From the NCBI GenBank assembly GCA_964436545.1, contig CAYTCJ010000006.1, positions 4,729 through 68,728 of the forward strand: a stretch of 64,000 nucleotides of DNA. The letters run 5' to 3'. Of this stretch, positions 39,527-48,732 are shown one piece after another (position 1 is the stretch's first letter; each line of letters opens with the position of its first letter). The notes beneath the pieces were generated by a model. That model was given only the letters and a program-made list of their open reading frames with translations, ran no database searches and was not told the origin of the DNA. This stretch comes from an uncultured Candidatus Saccharibacteria bacterium (GTDB taxonomy: Bacteria; Patescibacteriota; Doudnabacteria; UBA920). The position numbers and the translations under genes were made by a program.

Positions 39527-40360
39527 TTATCGATATTGATTAATTTCATCTCGGAGTTTTTTTGCTTCTTCTTGAGGGTTATTTGCAAAAATTATCCCGC
39601 GGGAGGAGTTAATAATCATGCCTAATTTTTGTGAATTGATGCCCGCTTTAACCACCGCTTCTACATCTCCACCTTGGGCGCCCACTCCCGGCACTAACAA
39701 AGTCATATCACCCACTATTGCCCGAACCACCTTCATTTCCTCAGGGTAAGTGGCGCCCACCACCAGCATACAATTGTGGTTATAATTCCAGTCTTGGGAT
39801 ACTTTTTCTGCCACCATTTGCCAAATGGATTTCACCCCTCCCTTACCCTCCCCATCTAGGGGAGGGAACGGCACACAAAGATCTTGCAATTCTCCGGCTC
39901 CGGGATTAGAAGTCCGACAGAGAATAATCGATGCTTTATCTGCCCTGTCTAAAAATGGTTTTAAGGCTTCTTTGCCTAAGTACGGATGTAAAGTAATCGC
40001 ATCAAAACCCATTTCATCAAATACCGCTTTCACATAACCTAAATTAGTATTGCCAATATCCGCCCGTTTGGCATCACATATGGTTAAAACATCCGGATAT
40101 TTATTCTGCAAATAATTTATGGTCATTTTTAACTCTTTTAAACCCTGTTCACCTCTGGCTTCATAAAATGCCATGTTGGGCTTAAAGGCAGAAACAAATT
40201 CTACAGTCTCATCTATTATCCATTTATTAAACTCAAACTGAGGAAACTCTTTGGCTTTAAAATCGGCAGGAATTTTTTCAAACTCACTATCTAAACCCAC
40301 ACACACTAAAGAATTAACTTTTTTGGCTCTTAAATTATATTTTTCAATATTTTGATGCAT
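39527..40360 (-). CDS. pyrF: orotidine 5'-phosphate decarboxylase (long type) with in-frame GC-hairpin insertion
   Basis: LVCVGLDSE, MAFYEA motifs; inserted PFPPLDGEGKGG encoded by 39834-39866. Confidence 0.85.
   Translation of the reverse strand: MHQNIEKYNLRAKKVNSLVCVGLDSEFEKIPADFKAKEFPQFEFNKWIIDETVEFVSAFKPNMAFYEARGEQGLKELKMTINYLQNKYPDVLTICDAKRADIGNTNLGYVKAVFDEMGFDAITLHPYLGKEALKPFLDRADKASIILCRTSNPGAGELQDLCVPFPPLDGEGKGGVKSIWQMVAEKVSQDWNYNHNCMLVVGATYPEEMKVVRAIVGDMTLLVPGVGAQGGDVEAVVKAGINSQKLGMIINSSRGIIFANNPQEEAKKLRDEINQYR
39834..39866. repeat. family-B element CCCCTCCCTTACCCTCCCC-atcta-GGGGAGGG, 33 bp, in-frame in pyrF
   Basis: Near-identical to 587-618; length divisible by 3. Confidence 0.8.
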
Positions 40361-40365
40361 AAAAA

Positions 40366-40995
40366 TTATTTTAATCCTTTTGCTTCCAAATATTTTTTCC
40401 CATGGCCGACTTGAGTGTTAATGGGCACCCCGGCCTCACACAAGGGGCATTCGCCATCTTTAAAAGTGGGTACCTCAAACTCATCTAAAGGTAAAAATTT
40501 TGTCCCGAAGAATTCCGCATTCACAATTTTCGGACTGCGGTTAACCATCACCGACACCGCCACCACTTCCCCGCCGACTACCTTAACCGCTTCCACCACT
40601 TTTTTGGCTGACTCGCCGGTAGTAGTTAAATCTTCTACCACATAAACTTTCTTACCGGTGATGAATTTATCGTACCCTCTGGTAAAAGCCATACCCCCTT
40701 CTGCGGTTTTTTCCGTATACACTCCGAAAACTTCTCGATTGGTTAAAAGAGTTAAGTGATGCGCGGTCCAAGTAGAAAGAATAATTCCTCCCAAAGCTGG
40801 ACCCACAACAACTTCCACCCCTAAATCCTTGACCTTTTCTGCAAATAATTTACACACTTCTGAGGTGTCCTCAGTATGCGGGTAAAGCGCATCTTTATTT
40901 ATGTAAGTGGCAAAATGCGCGCCACTGGTGCCCACAAAATGACTGTCCGTTATCACTGCCCCACTTTTTTTTAACAAATCTAAGACTTTACTCAT
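40366..40995 (-). CDS. pyrE: orotate phosphoribosyltransferase-like PRTase
   Basis: PRPP-binding motif KVYVVEDLTTTGES; operon context pyrD-pyrF-pyrE. Confidence 0.75.
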   Translation of the reverse strand: MSKVLDLLKKSGAVITDSHFVGTSGAHFATYINKDALYPHTEDTSEVCKLFAEKVKDLGVEVVVGPALGGIILSTWTAHHLTLLTNREVFGVYTEKTAEGGMAFTRGYDKFITGKKVYVVEDLTTTGESAKKVVEAVKVVGGEVVAVSVMVNRSPKIVNAEFFGTKFLPLDEFEVPTFKDGECPLCEAGVPINTQVGHGKKYLEAKGLK

Positions 40996-41042
40996 AAATT
41001 TTTTATATTTAGGACTTACTGGTGCGTAAGTCCTAGTATTAA

Positions 41043-41438
41043 TTACTTTGCATTTTTATCATCTTGAATCATCCCAAAAATATTCCCCTCTATATCTTTA
41101 TAGTACCCGAGCCACGCCATGCCGGGAATGGGCATAATGGGCAGAGCTTCGCTCCCACCTAAACTTTTTACTTTTTCCGCCATAGCTTTAATGTCCGCCA
41201 CCGTGATAGTGCATACATAAGCATTCACGGCTTGACCCTCAGTTGGTTTCGCCCCCATCCTTTTTACCATCCCCCCGTTTATCCCCCCAGCTTCAGTTTG
41301 CGGTCCGGTCATTATTACCCAATAATCCATTTTATCACTTTCCCACTTTTTTATTTCCCAACCAAAAACTTCCCTATAAAACCCAGCTAACTTTTCTATA
41401 TCTTCGGCATGGATTTCGAAATGTGCAACTCTATTCAT
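41043..41438 (-). CDS. VOC (glyoxalase/bleomycin-resistance) family protein
   Basis: HFEIHAED...GG paired beta-alpha-beta-beta-beta pattern. Confidence 0.65.
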   Translation of the reverse strand: MNRVAHFEIHAEDIEKLAGFYREVFGWEIKKWESDKMDYWVIMTGPQTEAGGINGGMVKRMGAKPTEGQAVNAYVCTITVADIKAMAEKVKSLGGSEALPIMPIPGMAWLGYYKDIEGNIFGMIQDDKNAK

Positions 41439-41467
41439 AAATTAGTTAATCTTAATGATAAAAAACT

Positions 41468-42418
41468 TTATTTTAATTTCCAACTGTGCGATTTATAAAA
41501 AATAAAAATAATGGCGACCGCATAAATTAACAAATCTTCCACTTCCCACACTCCCGATTGAATCGCCATAGTGGTAACTGAGGTGGCAAAGAAACCGGCC
41601 ATCACCACTGTGTTAATTCTAATTATAAAACCCAAAACATACAACAGACCAAATATGGTTTCCATAAAACCGGCACTCAGCACAAAAAGCTGATTAGAAA
41701 AATTAAACCCCAACATTTTTACAAAATTCCAATTATGTTCGTTTAAAAACTGCAAAGCCAATTCCGGGTGTAACAATTTTTCGGTAAAGGCTAAAACCAC
41801 TAAAGACACCCCGGCGCCCGTGCGTAATATGGGCACTGCCCAAGCTTGGTAAACGAATAATTTATGAGTTTCGGACAACTCACTTAAATATATAAACAGG
41901 GCAATGGCTAAAAGCAATAAATTTTCCAAATAAAATTCTATACCTCCCAACCCACCGGCCACTAAATACAAACCACCTAGAGCCAGACCTGCCCATTTTG
42001 GGTAAACATTAACAATTAACATTACCCCAATTATGCCTTGTGCAACTTGCAAAACTTGTTGCCATAAACCACTCACGGGAATTTGTGGCACTAAAATAAT
42101 TTGCCAAAACCCACTGATTACCACTAAAAATATTCCCACTAAAATTTTAAAAATTCTATAAATGGCCTTTTGGTTTTTCTCCCCAAACTCTAAAATTTTT
42201 TTCGGTTCCTTTAACTTATGGTTCAAAACTTTCGCTAAGCCAATCAGCAATAACGTTACCACCACCCAAACTCCCACGGGCTTAGACCACCAACTAAAAA
42301 ACTCTATGGTCTGATTGGAGGCTTTGACTGCCTCTACATCCACAAACCATTTAATGTGTGCCAAAGCCACTTGCGGTAAACTGAAGGCGAGAACTAAACC
42401 TAAAAAAAACTTTTTCAT
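41468..42418 (-). CDS. hypothetical integral membrane protein (signal peptide plus about 7 TM)
   Basis: Hydrophobicity pattern only. Confidence 0.45.
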   Translation of the reverse strand: MKKFFLGLVLAFSLPQVALAHIKWFVDVEAVKASNQTIEFFSWWSKPVGVWVVVTLLLIGLAKVLNHKLKEPKKILEFGEKNQKAIYRIFKILVGIFLVVISGFWQIILVPQIPVSGLWQQVLQVAQGIIGVMLIVNVYPKWAGLALGGLYLVAGGLGGIEFYLENLLLLAIALFIYLSELSETHKLFVYQAWAVPILRTGAGVSLVVLAFTEKLLHPELALQFLNEHNWNFVKMLGFNFSNQLFVLSAGFMETIFGLLYVLGFIIRINTVVMAGFFATSVTTMAIQSGVWEVEDLLIYAVAIIFIFYKSHSWKLK

Positions 42419-42436
42419 ATTTTTATTTTAAAAAAT

Positions 42437-42482
<46 letters not shown>

Positions 42483-42523
42483 TACTGGTTTTTTCAACCC
42501 CGCACCAAAATCATATTATTAGA

Positions 42524-42616
42524 TGGCGGAAGGGGTGGGATTTGAACCCACGGTCCCGATAATCTCGGGACAGCGCGTTTCGAGTGCGCCGCACTAGACC
42601 ACTATGCGACCCTTCC
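42524..42616 (-). tRNA. tRNA-Ser (anticodon CGA), long variable arm
   Basis: Anticodon loop CTCGAAA; variable arm TGTCCCGAGATTATCGGGAC; T arm CGTGGGTTCAAATCCCACC; encoded CCA; one A-C mismatch in anticodon stem. Confidence 0.75.
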
Positions 42617-42770
42617 TATTTTACTAACATATAACTAACTTACTGTCAGCTGATTACTTATTATAGTATAAACAAAAACCCAAAGCTTGTCAGCTTTGGG
42701 GTGTTTAATAAAAAACACTCGCCCGCATTACTGTGTTTCACCTACAGAGTTATTAAAAATTAATGAAACA

Positions 42771-43961
42771 CTATAATTTATTAGATTTAAACTTAGATCC
42801 ATTTAAATTACTCAAAACGCTAGATTCAAAATACCGATTAGCTTGTCTGGTTTGTTGATGTTTTTCCTGAGCCAACTTAATTAAGCTATTCAACAATTCC
42901 GGTAAATCCACTCCGCTAGCTTGCCATAAATGATGATAAAGCGTACCGGGCAAAGGATTCACTTCGTTAGCAAAAAATTCTTGAGTTTGTCGGTTAATTA
43001 AAAAATCCACTCTGGCAATCCCGCTACACTCTAATAATTTATAAACCGCAATGGCTGTCTGTTTAATTTTTTCCGTCATTGCCTCACTTACCCTTGCAGG
43101 GATAACCACGCTCCTTTGGCTTTTGCCGGTTTGCGCCCCGCCATCGGTTAAATATTTATCTTCAAAGCTAAACAAATCCATACTATATAAAGACTCCTGA
43201 AGCTCCGAGGGTTTAACCTCCCTATTACCCATTAAACAACAAGTAACATCCATTAAATTTTCCACCACCTCCTCTACGACCACTTTTTCATCGTAATAAA
43301 AAGCTACTTCTAATTTTTGAACCAATTGCTGTTCGTCTTTCGCCTTACCAATCCCAATAGACGAACCCAAATGCGCCGGCTTCACCATAAGTGGAAACTT
43401 TAATGATTGGCTGATTTTCTGATGCACTGCTTGCTGATGTGTTTGCCAGTCATGTTTATTAAAATACACAAATTTAGTCGTGGGAATTCCGGCATCTCGC
43501 ATTAAAATTTTGGTCAAAGCTTTATCCATAGCAATGGCCGAGGCTGGCACCCCACAACCTACATACGGCACCCCTAACATTTCCAACATGCCTTGTATGG
43601 TGCCATCTTCCCCGTATGTTCCATGAAACGCCGGAAACGCCAAATCAATGGTAATGGTTTTTCCCAAGATGCCTTTTTTCTTAAACACCAACTTACCCAG
43701 AGACTCTTGCATATCCAAATAATATTCCGCGTATTGAGAATTTTCTTCAACTTTATTATTCGGATCCGCAAACATTTTTAAATTTCCCAATTCCTCCCCG
43801 AGCATCCATTTTCCGGCTTTGGAAATATACACCGGAACTACCGAATAGTTTAACCCCTTAAGGCCACCAATAATTAACTGGGCGGTAATTATGGAAATAT
43901 CATGTTCCACACTTCCGGAGCCAAAAAACACACCAATATTTTTGAATGAATTATGAGTCAT
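42771..43961 (-). CDS. ddl: D-alanine--D-alanine ligase
   Basis: ATP-grasp motifs; N-terminal GVFFGSGSVEHDISI... Confidence 0.85.
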   Translation of the reverse strand: MTHNSFKNIGVFFGSGSVEHDISIITAQLIIGGLKGLNYSVVPVYISKAGKWMLGEELGNLKMFADPNNKVEENSQYAEYYLDMQESLGKLVFKKKGILGKTITIDLAFPAFHGTYGEDGTIQGMLEMLGVPYVGCGVPASAIAMDKALTKILMRDAGIPTTKFVYFNKHDWQTHQQAVHQKISQSLKFPLMVKPAHLGSSIGIGKAKDEQQLVQKLEVAFYYDEKVVVEEVVENLMDVTCCLMGNREVKPSELQESLYSMDLFSFEDKYLTDGGAQTGKSQRSVVIPARVSEAMTEKIKQTAIAVYKLLECSGIARVDFLINRQTQEFFANEVNPLPGTLYHHLWQASGVDLPELLNSLIKLAQEKHQQTRQANRYFESSVLSNLNGSKFKSNKL

Positions 43962-44020
43962 AAATTTTGAATTTGGCTTTAAAAATTTTTGTCATTTTTA
44001 TTATTTTAAACTTTTGTCAT

Positions 44021-45835
44021 TTATATATACTGGTCGCCCCAATCGTTTTGAAACAAAATAACATCATTCGGCTGTAAAAGATTTTTTAATTCCGCATGAG
44101 CTTGTTCTGCACTATTAAACCATATAATAATTGGTAAGTTGTAAGTTGTAAGTTGTAAGTTCTCTCTCTTGCTTAATTCATAATTCTTAATTCCTAATTC
44201 TATGTATCCAGTTACGCTATTCCTAATAAGTATAACCACATCTGCCACCTTTGCCAACTGCTTGCCAATCTCTAAATGGACTGTTTTTACTTCACTCCCT
44301 GTTTCCACCAACCCCGGAGTAATATAAATTTTTCTTCGGTTAGGAAACTGAGCCAAAGTTTTTATGGCTTCTTTGACCCCAACTGAATTCCCATTATACG
44401 CATCATCAATCACCAAAATATTTCCCGGTCTTAAAATAGGTTCTAAACGATGCTTCACAGGTTGAATTTTTTCTATACCTTGTTTGATTGCTTCGTTACT
44501 CATACCCAACTCTCTCGCTATGCTTATAGCGCAGTCCACATCTCCAAGTGCATACTCTCCAAGTAATTTTACAAAAATTTTCACTCCCTTTCCTTCTTCT
44601 CCTGAATTAAAGTTTCCTCTTTCTCCTTCTTCTCCTGAATTAAAGTCTCCTCTTTCTCCTTCCCGCCGTGAATTAGAGCTTTCTCTTTCTCCTTCTTTTT
44701 CTGAATTAAAGTTTCCTCTTTCTCTTTCTTCTCCTGAATTAGAGCTTTCTCTTTCTCCTTCCCCTCCTATATTAGTGTTGCCCCTCGCTTCTTCCCCCCC
44801 TATATTAGGGGGGGTTAGGGGGGGTATTTCCAATTCCCAACCTAATCTCACTGCATCAAACTTTGCATGTTTGATATTTGATATTTGATATTTGATATTT
44901 TTTTGCTTGGGTAAAATATAATTTTGATAATTCTCCACAACATTTTCATCGTCCCCATTTAATAAACAGAGTGCATCCGCTTTGGCATTTTGCACAATTT
45001 CAAAAATGGTTTGCGTAACTGCTTTTATACTGCCCATTCTTTCCAAATGCGCTTCGCTAATCCCTGTCACTACCGCCATATCCGGTTTCACCAAACTGCA
45101 AATGGCTTTTATGTCGCCTTTGTAGTGCTCCCCCATTTCGATAATAGCAATTTCAATATTTTCTTCTCCCTTTAGGGGAGAAGGTGCCTGCGGGGCAGAT
45201 GAGGGGTTGGGGGCATTAAAATTTTTCAACACCCACCTCGCTATCCCGACCGGCGTATTCACACTCTCCGGTGTGGCAAACACCTGAAACCTCAAACCCA
45301 AAACCGCTTTCAAAACTTCCTTCATAGTCGTCTTACCATAACTTCCGGCAATCCCAATAATCGACAGCTCTTTACGGGCTGTCGCCCCGGGCGAGTGCAT
45401 CCGAGACCCGAGATCCGGTGCCACAGTCAAACTTTGAATTTTTGATTTAGCCTTATAAATAATTACCTGTTTTAATAACCAATCCACTGGCCATAAAATT
45501 ACTATCCCGATTAAATAAAAAATAAAAAATAAAAAATAAAAAATTAACAAATAAACAAACCCTAAAAACCATAATTCATAATTCTTAATTCCTAATTCTG
45601 GCAAGCGGTCTAAAAACTTCCAGAAAATTAACCATGGCAGAGTTAGATAAAGCCCGATTGCCAATAACAAAATTAGGGTCGCTTTTCCTGTCCAGACTAA
45701 ACTCTTTCTCATGGGCGCCTTGGGTGGAAAATACCCTTTTTGCCGGAGTAACTTTAAATACCGTCCCAGCTCGTAATTTTCCAGCTGTAAAAGATAAAGT
45801 TGATATTTAATGATTTTTATAAGATTTACTAACAT
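44021..45835 (-). CDS. Mur ligase family protein (MurF-like by ddl adjacency) with atypical N-terminal TM extension, internal 13-aa tandem repeats and GC-hairpin insertions
   Basis: GIAGSYGKTTMKE P-loop, Mur ligase middle and C domains; N-terminal 150 aa hydrophobic; true start uncertain. Confidence 0.65.
   Translation of the reverse strand: MLVNLIKIIKYQLYLLQLENYELGRYLKLLRQKGYFPPKAPMRKSLVWTGKATLILLLAIGLYLTLPWLIFWKFLDRLPELGIKNYELWFLGFVYLLIFYFLFFIFYLIGIVILWPVDWLLKQVIIYKAKSKIQSLTVAPDLGSRMHSPGATARKELSIIGIAGSYGKTTMKEVLKAVLGLRFQVFATPESVNTPVGIARWVLKNFNAPNPSSAPQAPSPLKGEENIEIAIIEMGEHYKGDIKAICSLVKPDMAVVTGISEAHLERMGSIKAVTQTIFEIVQNAKADALCLLNGDDENVVENYQNYILPKQKNIKYQISNIKHAKFDAVRLGWELEIPPLTPPNIGGEEARGNTNIGGEGERESSNSGEERERGNFNSEKEGERESSNSRREGERGDFNSGEEGERGNFNSGEEGKGVKIFVKLLGEYALGDVDCAISIARELGMSNEAIKQGIEKIQPVKHRLEPILRPGNILVIDDAYNGNSVGVKEAIKTLAQFPNRRKIYITPGLVETGSEVKTVHLEIGKQLAKVADVVILIRNSVTGYIELGIKNYELSKRENLQLTTYNLPIIIWFNSAEQAHAELKNLLQPNDVILFQNDWGDQYI
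44105..44132. repeat. GTAAGTT x4 tandem heptamer inside the Mur ligase 3' region
   Basis: Read directly. Confidence 0.7.
44172..44203. repeat. 28-bp direct repeat TAATTCATAATTCTTAATTCCTAATTCT, copy 1 (copy 2 at 45568-45598); both inside the Mur ligase ORF, both encode LGIKNYEL
   Basis: Exact 28-mer identity read directly. Confidence 0.85.
44581..44830. repeat. about five tandem ~39-bp repeats encoding 13-aa GE(E/R)G.R..(N/S)(F/S)NS units, followed by C7/G7 hairpin CCCCCCCTATATTAGGGGGGG
   Basis: Read directly; in-frame in Mur ligase. Confidence 0.8.
45163..45183. repeat. family-B-like hairpin CTTCTCCC-ttta-GGGGAGAAG in-frame in Mur ligase (encodes SPLKGEE)
   Basis: 8-bp stem. Confidence 0.6.
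45568..45598. repeat. 28-bp direct repeat copy 2 (see 44172-44203)
   Basis: Exact identity. Confidence 0.85.
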
Positions 45836-45871
45836 ATCTTTTTCGAGTGGACAATTCGCGCGAATTGTCCA

Positions 45872-46801
45872 CTAAATAAATTTAGCTAAAATTTTTACAA
45901 ACTCCTCAGGCTGATCCAAAAAACTATAATGTCCGGCATTCTTTAAAATTAGCAATTGGGAATTGGGAATTAAAAAATTCATTCGCTTCCCAAAAGCAAT
46001 TGGCGTATCCTTGTCGTCCTCGCCGGTAATTATCAAAGTTGGGATTGTAATATCCTTCATATCCTTACTTAAATCTTCGTTCACCACTTTTAAAAAAGTT
46101 TCCTTTAACGCGGGTAGAGCTAAATAATCTTCTGCCCCCAGGCTATGATAAATTTTTTTTCTCAAACCTTGCATGAATCCCGGTTTAAAAATCGGTTTAA
46201 TAATTTTAGCCACAACGCCCATTAAATTTTTTTTCCAGGCTGATGTAACAAACCCAGCGCTATCAACTAAAACCAATTTTAATATCACCCCCTGTCCCCC
46301 TCTTATTTTAAGAGGGGGGAACGGATTCGGGAGATTTGACATAGCGCACAGCTTAATTCCTACCCGCCCACCAAAACTGTGCCCCACTATAATGACATTT
46401 TTTAATGCCAACTTTTCTATAAACGCTTTGACAATTTCCGCGTAATCCCCCACACTCATTCCGTATTTTATTTCCTCTCCCTTGTGGGGAGGGTTAGAGC
46501 CTGCCCTGAGCGATAGCCGAATGGGGAGGGGGGAATCTCCAAACCCCGGCAAATCCAAAGCATAAATTGTGTACTGCTGATTTACTGACTGGCTAATTAA
46601 CTTACTAACTTCCCCCCACACTTCCTTACTACTCCCCCAACCATGCAAAAACAACAAACACTTATCGCCTGTCGATTGTGTGCCTACATAACTAATTAAT
46701 TGGTTATTGATAATTATTTGATTTTTTTCCATAAACATATAATACATTGCCCAATAGCTATTTACAATATATAATATCCAAGTAAAAATGGAATGTAGCA
46801 T
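45872..46801 (-). CDS. alpha/beta-hydrolase-fold protein with two in-frame GC-hairpin insertions
   Basis: HGWGSS, GHSFGG nucleophile elbow, C-terminal GHYSF; insertions at 46287-46324 and 46474-46540. Confidence 0.75.
   Translation of the reverse strand: MLHSIFTWILYIVNSYWAMYYMFMEKNQIIINNQLISYVGTQSTGDKCLLFLHGWGSSKEVWGEVSKLISQSVNQQYTIYALDLPGFGDSPLPIRLSLRAGSNPPHKGEEIKYGMSVGDYAEIVKAFIEKLALKNVIIVGHSFGGRVGIKLCAMSNLPNPFPPLKIRGGQGVILKLVLVDSAGFVTSAWKKNLMGVVAKIIKPIFKPGFMQGLRKKIYHSLGAEDYLALPALKETFLKVVNEDLSKDMKDITIPTLIITGEDDKDTPIAFGKRMNFLIPNSQLLILKNAGHYSFLDQPEEFVKILAKFI
46287..46324. repeat. GC hairpin CCCCCTCTT-atttt-AAGAGGGGGG in-frame in hydrolase (encodes NPFPPLKIRGGQG)
   Basis: 9-bp stem. Confidence 0.7.
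46474..46540. repeat. composite GC hairpins CCTCTCCC-ttgt-GGGGAGGG ... GGGGAGGGGGG in-frame in hydrolase (encodes ...NPPHKGEEI...)
   Basis: Read directly. Confidence 0.65.
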
Positions 46802-46824
46802 ACTGGGGGGTACACACGCCCTGT

Positions 46825-46970
46825 CCCATTAAATATTTTTCATTATTCATGATATTCTGCTGGTGCACTACGGGATGTAGTATACCGGTAGTACGCGCGC
46901 TTCGGGTGCGCGAAGACAGGGTTCAATTCCCTGCATCCCGACCAGCAGAATATAATGAATATTTAATGGG
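46825..46970. repeat. long imperfect inverted repeat (CCCATTAAATATT...ATTCTGCTGGT / ACCAGCAGAAT...AATATTTAATGGG) enclosing tRNA-Pro
   Basis: Outer 13-bp and inner 11-bp arms perfectly complementary. Confidence 0.7.
46871..46944 (+). tRNA. tRNA-Pro (anticodon CGG)
   Basis: Acceptor CGGGATG/CATCCCG, anticodon stem-loop CGCGC-TTCGGGT-GCGCG, T arm CAGGGTTCAATTCCCTG, encoded CCA. Confidence 0.8.
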
Positions 46971-47027
46971 ATATAGATGCGTGAAAACTTAGGGGTTTCC
47001 GCCAAAAGTGGATCCCGCTTTGCAGGA

Positions 47028-47048
47028 CAATTCCCTGCATCCCGACCA
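47028..47048 (+). other. 21-nt exact duplicate of the tRNA-Pro 3' end (T loop to CCA)
   Basis: Identical to 46924-46944. Confidence 0.8.
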
Positions 47049-47086
47049 AAGAAAAAGACCTTAAATTATTTAAGGTCTTTTTCTTT
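47048..47086. terminator. perfect 16-bp-stem hairpin AAAGAAAAAGACCTTA-loop-TAAGGTCTTTTTCTTT (bidirectional terminator)
   Basis: Read directly. Confidence 0.7.
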
Positions 47087-47112
47087 GCAATACTCAGTAT
47101 TGAATACATATG

Positions 47113-47186
47113 TGGTGGACCTGGGGGGAATCGAACCCCCGACTAATCCATGCCATGGATCCGTATTACCATTATACTACAGGCCC
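47113..47186 (-). tRNA. tRNA-Ala (anticodon GGC) with G3:U70
   Basis: Anticodon loop ATGGCAT, T arm GGGGGTTCGATTCCCCC, acceptor GGGCCTG/CAGGTCC, encoded CCA. Confidence 0.85.
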
Positions 47187-47241
47187 TTAATTAACTGGTA
47201 GCTACTTACAACTCACTAATCCCTAAATGCTATCCCCTATT

Positions 47242-47502
47242 TTACCTTACTTTTCTTACCTGTTCAAGTGTCTCTTGCCACATAGTTTGAAATTGCACAG
47301 CTTGTTTTTTAAAACCCGGAATCACTCCCATAGTGTTTAATAGCCACCCCACTAAGGCCACGGCAATTACCACTCCCAAAATACTGCCAATCCCATGGAG
47401 CACTCCCCTAACAAAAGCGCGCCACAAGCTTTCGGTTTTATGGAAAATGCCCACTAAACTGCGGTTAATTTTTTCTAATTCGGTTTTTAATTCAGGGTCC
47501 AT
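47242..47502 (-). CDS. hypothetical small protein with C-terminal TM helix
   Basis: ORF plus hydrophobic segment. Confidence 0.4.
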   Translation of the reverse strand: MDPELKTELEKINRSLVGIFHKTESLWRAFVRGVLHGIGSILGVVIAVALVGWLLNTMGVIPGFKKQAVQFQTMWQETLEQVRKVR

Positions 47503-47515
47503 TTTATTTTCTTTA

Positions 47516-47929
47516 TTAATTTTGTCTTTCTAAAATTTGTGAATATTTTGTTTTATGTTTCCACAATAAATACAAATTAATTAGCCAAAATACATTTCCC
47601 AACAAGGCACCAGAAGTAAAGGCTCCACCATCAATCACCCAATGAAACGCTACAATATTTACAGTAATTGGTAAAACTAAAATGGCAGACAAGGCTTCTC
47701 TACGAGTCCAAAGCGCCCACAACGCTAAAGCGTTTACTACTGCCATTATAACATTAATATATTGAATTTCAGCTAAAATCTTAATAAACTCAAACGCCTT
47801 TGGGGTGTTATACATATCCGGCGCAGGTGCTGGGACAAAGCCTAAATGACTACCCACAATCCCAACCAATGACATAAGTAAAATGAGACTAAAAACTATT
47901 TTTAAAGCCACGTATATTTTTTGATTCAT
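47516..47929 (-). CDS. hypothetical integral membrane protein (4 TM)
   Basis: Hydrophobicity. Confidence 0.45.
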   Translation of the reverse strand: MNQKIYVALKIVFSLILLMSLVGIVGSHLGFVPAPAPDMYNTPKAFEFIKILAEIQYINVIMAVVNALALWALWTRREALSAILVLPITVNIVAFHWVIDGGAFTSGALLGNVFWLINLYLLWKHKTKYSQILERQN

Positions 47930-47993
47930 AATATTACTACTATATTAGTTATTAATTCTGGTGCCCTCGGAGGGAATTTCACCTCGACACTTA

Positions 47994-48068
47994 TGGTATC
48001 CTCACCAGGAGTCGAACCTGGATCTAAACGTTAGGAGTGTTTTGTTCTATCCGTTGAACTATGAGGAC
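47994..48068 (-). tRNA. tRNA-Arg (anticodon CCT)
   Basis: D arm GTTCAACGGATAGAAC, anticodon loop CTCCTAA, T arm CAGGTTCGACTCCTG, encoded CCA. Confidence 0.8.
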
Positions 48069-48690
48069 AAATAATACTAGCAACTTGTTTATTTATAGCA
48101 AAGATAGTCTTTAATATCAAACCACTTTTTTTTACTCTAACTCTACACATACCATATTTTAACTTTCCTATTTTTTTGCCTTTTAAAATATTAATACTTA
48201 CCCTCTCTTTTAAATTTAATCCGGTAACTAATGACCAGAAATTTATGCAATTGTCTTGATTCAAATCCTCATAAACCCTAATTGATACTTTAAAATCACT
48301 GTTAGACACATTAAAATCTTTACGCAAAATTTGCATAAAAGTCTCAACCATCACCGGGTCTGTGTTAGTAAAACTTAAATCTTTCTTGTTGCCTTCCGCC
48401 CAATACAGCGCACAAGCGACCAAGATCCTATCTTTAGCATCTAGAGTGGAAATCAAACGCTTAGCCTTTTCATGTGCGATAACCCAAGCCTTTTCTGATA
48501 TAATCCTACTAGGTTTCCTTCGTTCCAGCCAACGATTTAAAAATTCAGGCAATATCTCAACCATTCTTGAATATCTTAATGCTGTTGATTTTGATATCCC
48601 TAAAATACGACTAATCTCCGGAATACTATGACCGGTCTTCCTTAATTCAAAAATTTTATCTTTTGTTTCTATCTTTAGTAGTCTTGGCAT
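48031..48690 (-). CDS. HTH-domain protein abutting tRNA-Arg, possibly a LAGLIDADG-like endonuclease fold
   Basis: N-terminal HTH GHSIPEISRILGISKSTALRY; weak LAGLIDADG-like ALYWAEGNK; last ~12 codons overlap the tRNA so the true stop is uncertain. Confidence 0.4.
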   Translation of the reverse strand: MPRLLKIETKDKIFELRKTGHSIPEISRILGISKSTALRYSRMVEILPEFLNRWLERRKPSRIISEKAWVIAHEKAKRLISTLDAKDRILVACALYWAEGNKKDLSFTNTDPVMVETFMQILRKDFNVSNSDFKVSIRVYEDLNQDNCINFWSLVTGLNLKERVSINILKGKKIGKLKYGMCRVRVKKSGLILKTIFAINKQVASIICPHSSTDRTKHS

Positions 48691-48732
48691 AAGTCAATCT
48701 TAACAAATAATTTAAAATCGTTCCGGTATTAT

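Noticed and set aside
44484-44888. ORF 44484..44888(+), low-complexity SP-rich
   Set aside because: Antisense to the 39-bp tandem repeat region of the Mur ligase gene. An artefact of repeat periodicity.
46977-47201. ORF 46977..47201(+) and ORF 52494..52724(-)
   Set aside because: Both translate through tRNA genes or fragments (the GIEPP / PLYY peptides are tRNA-derived). Spurious.
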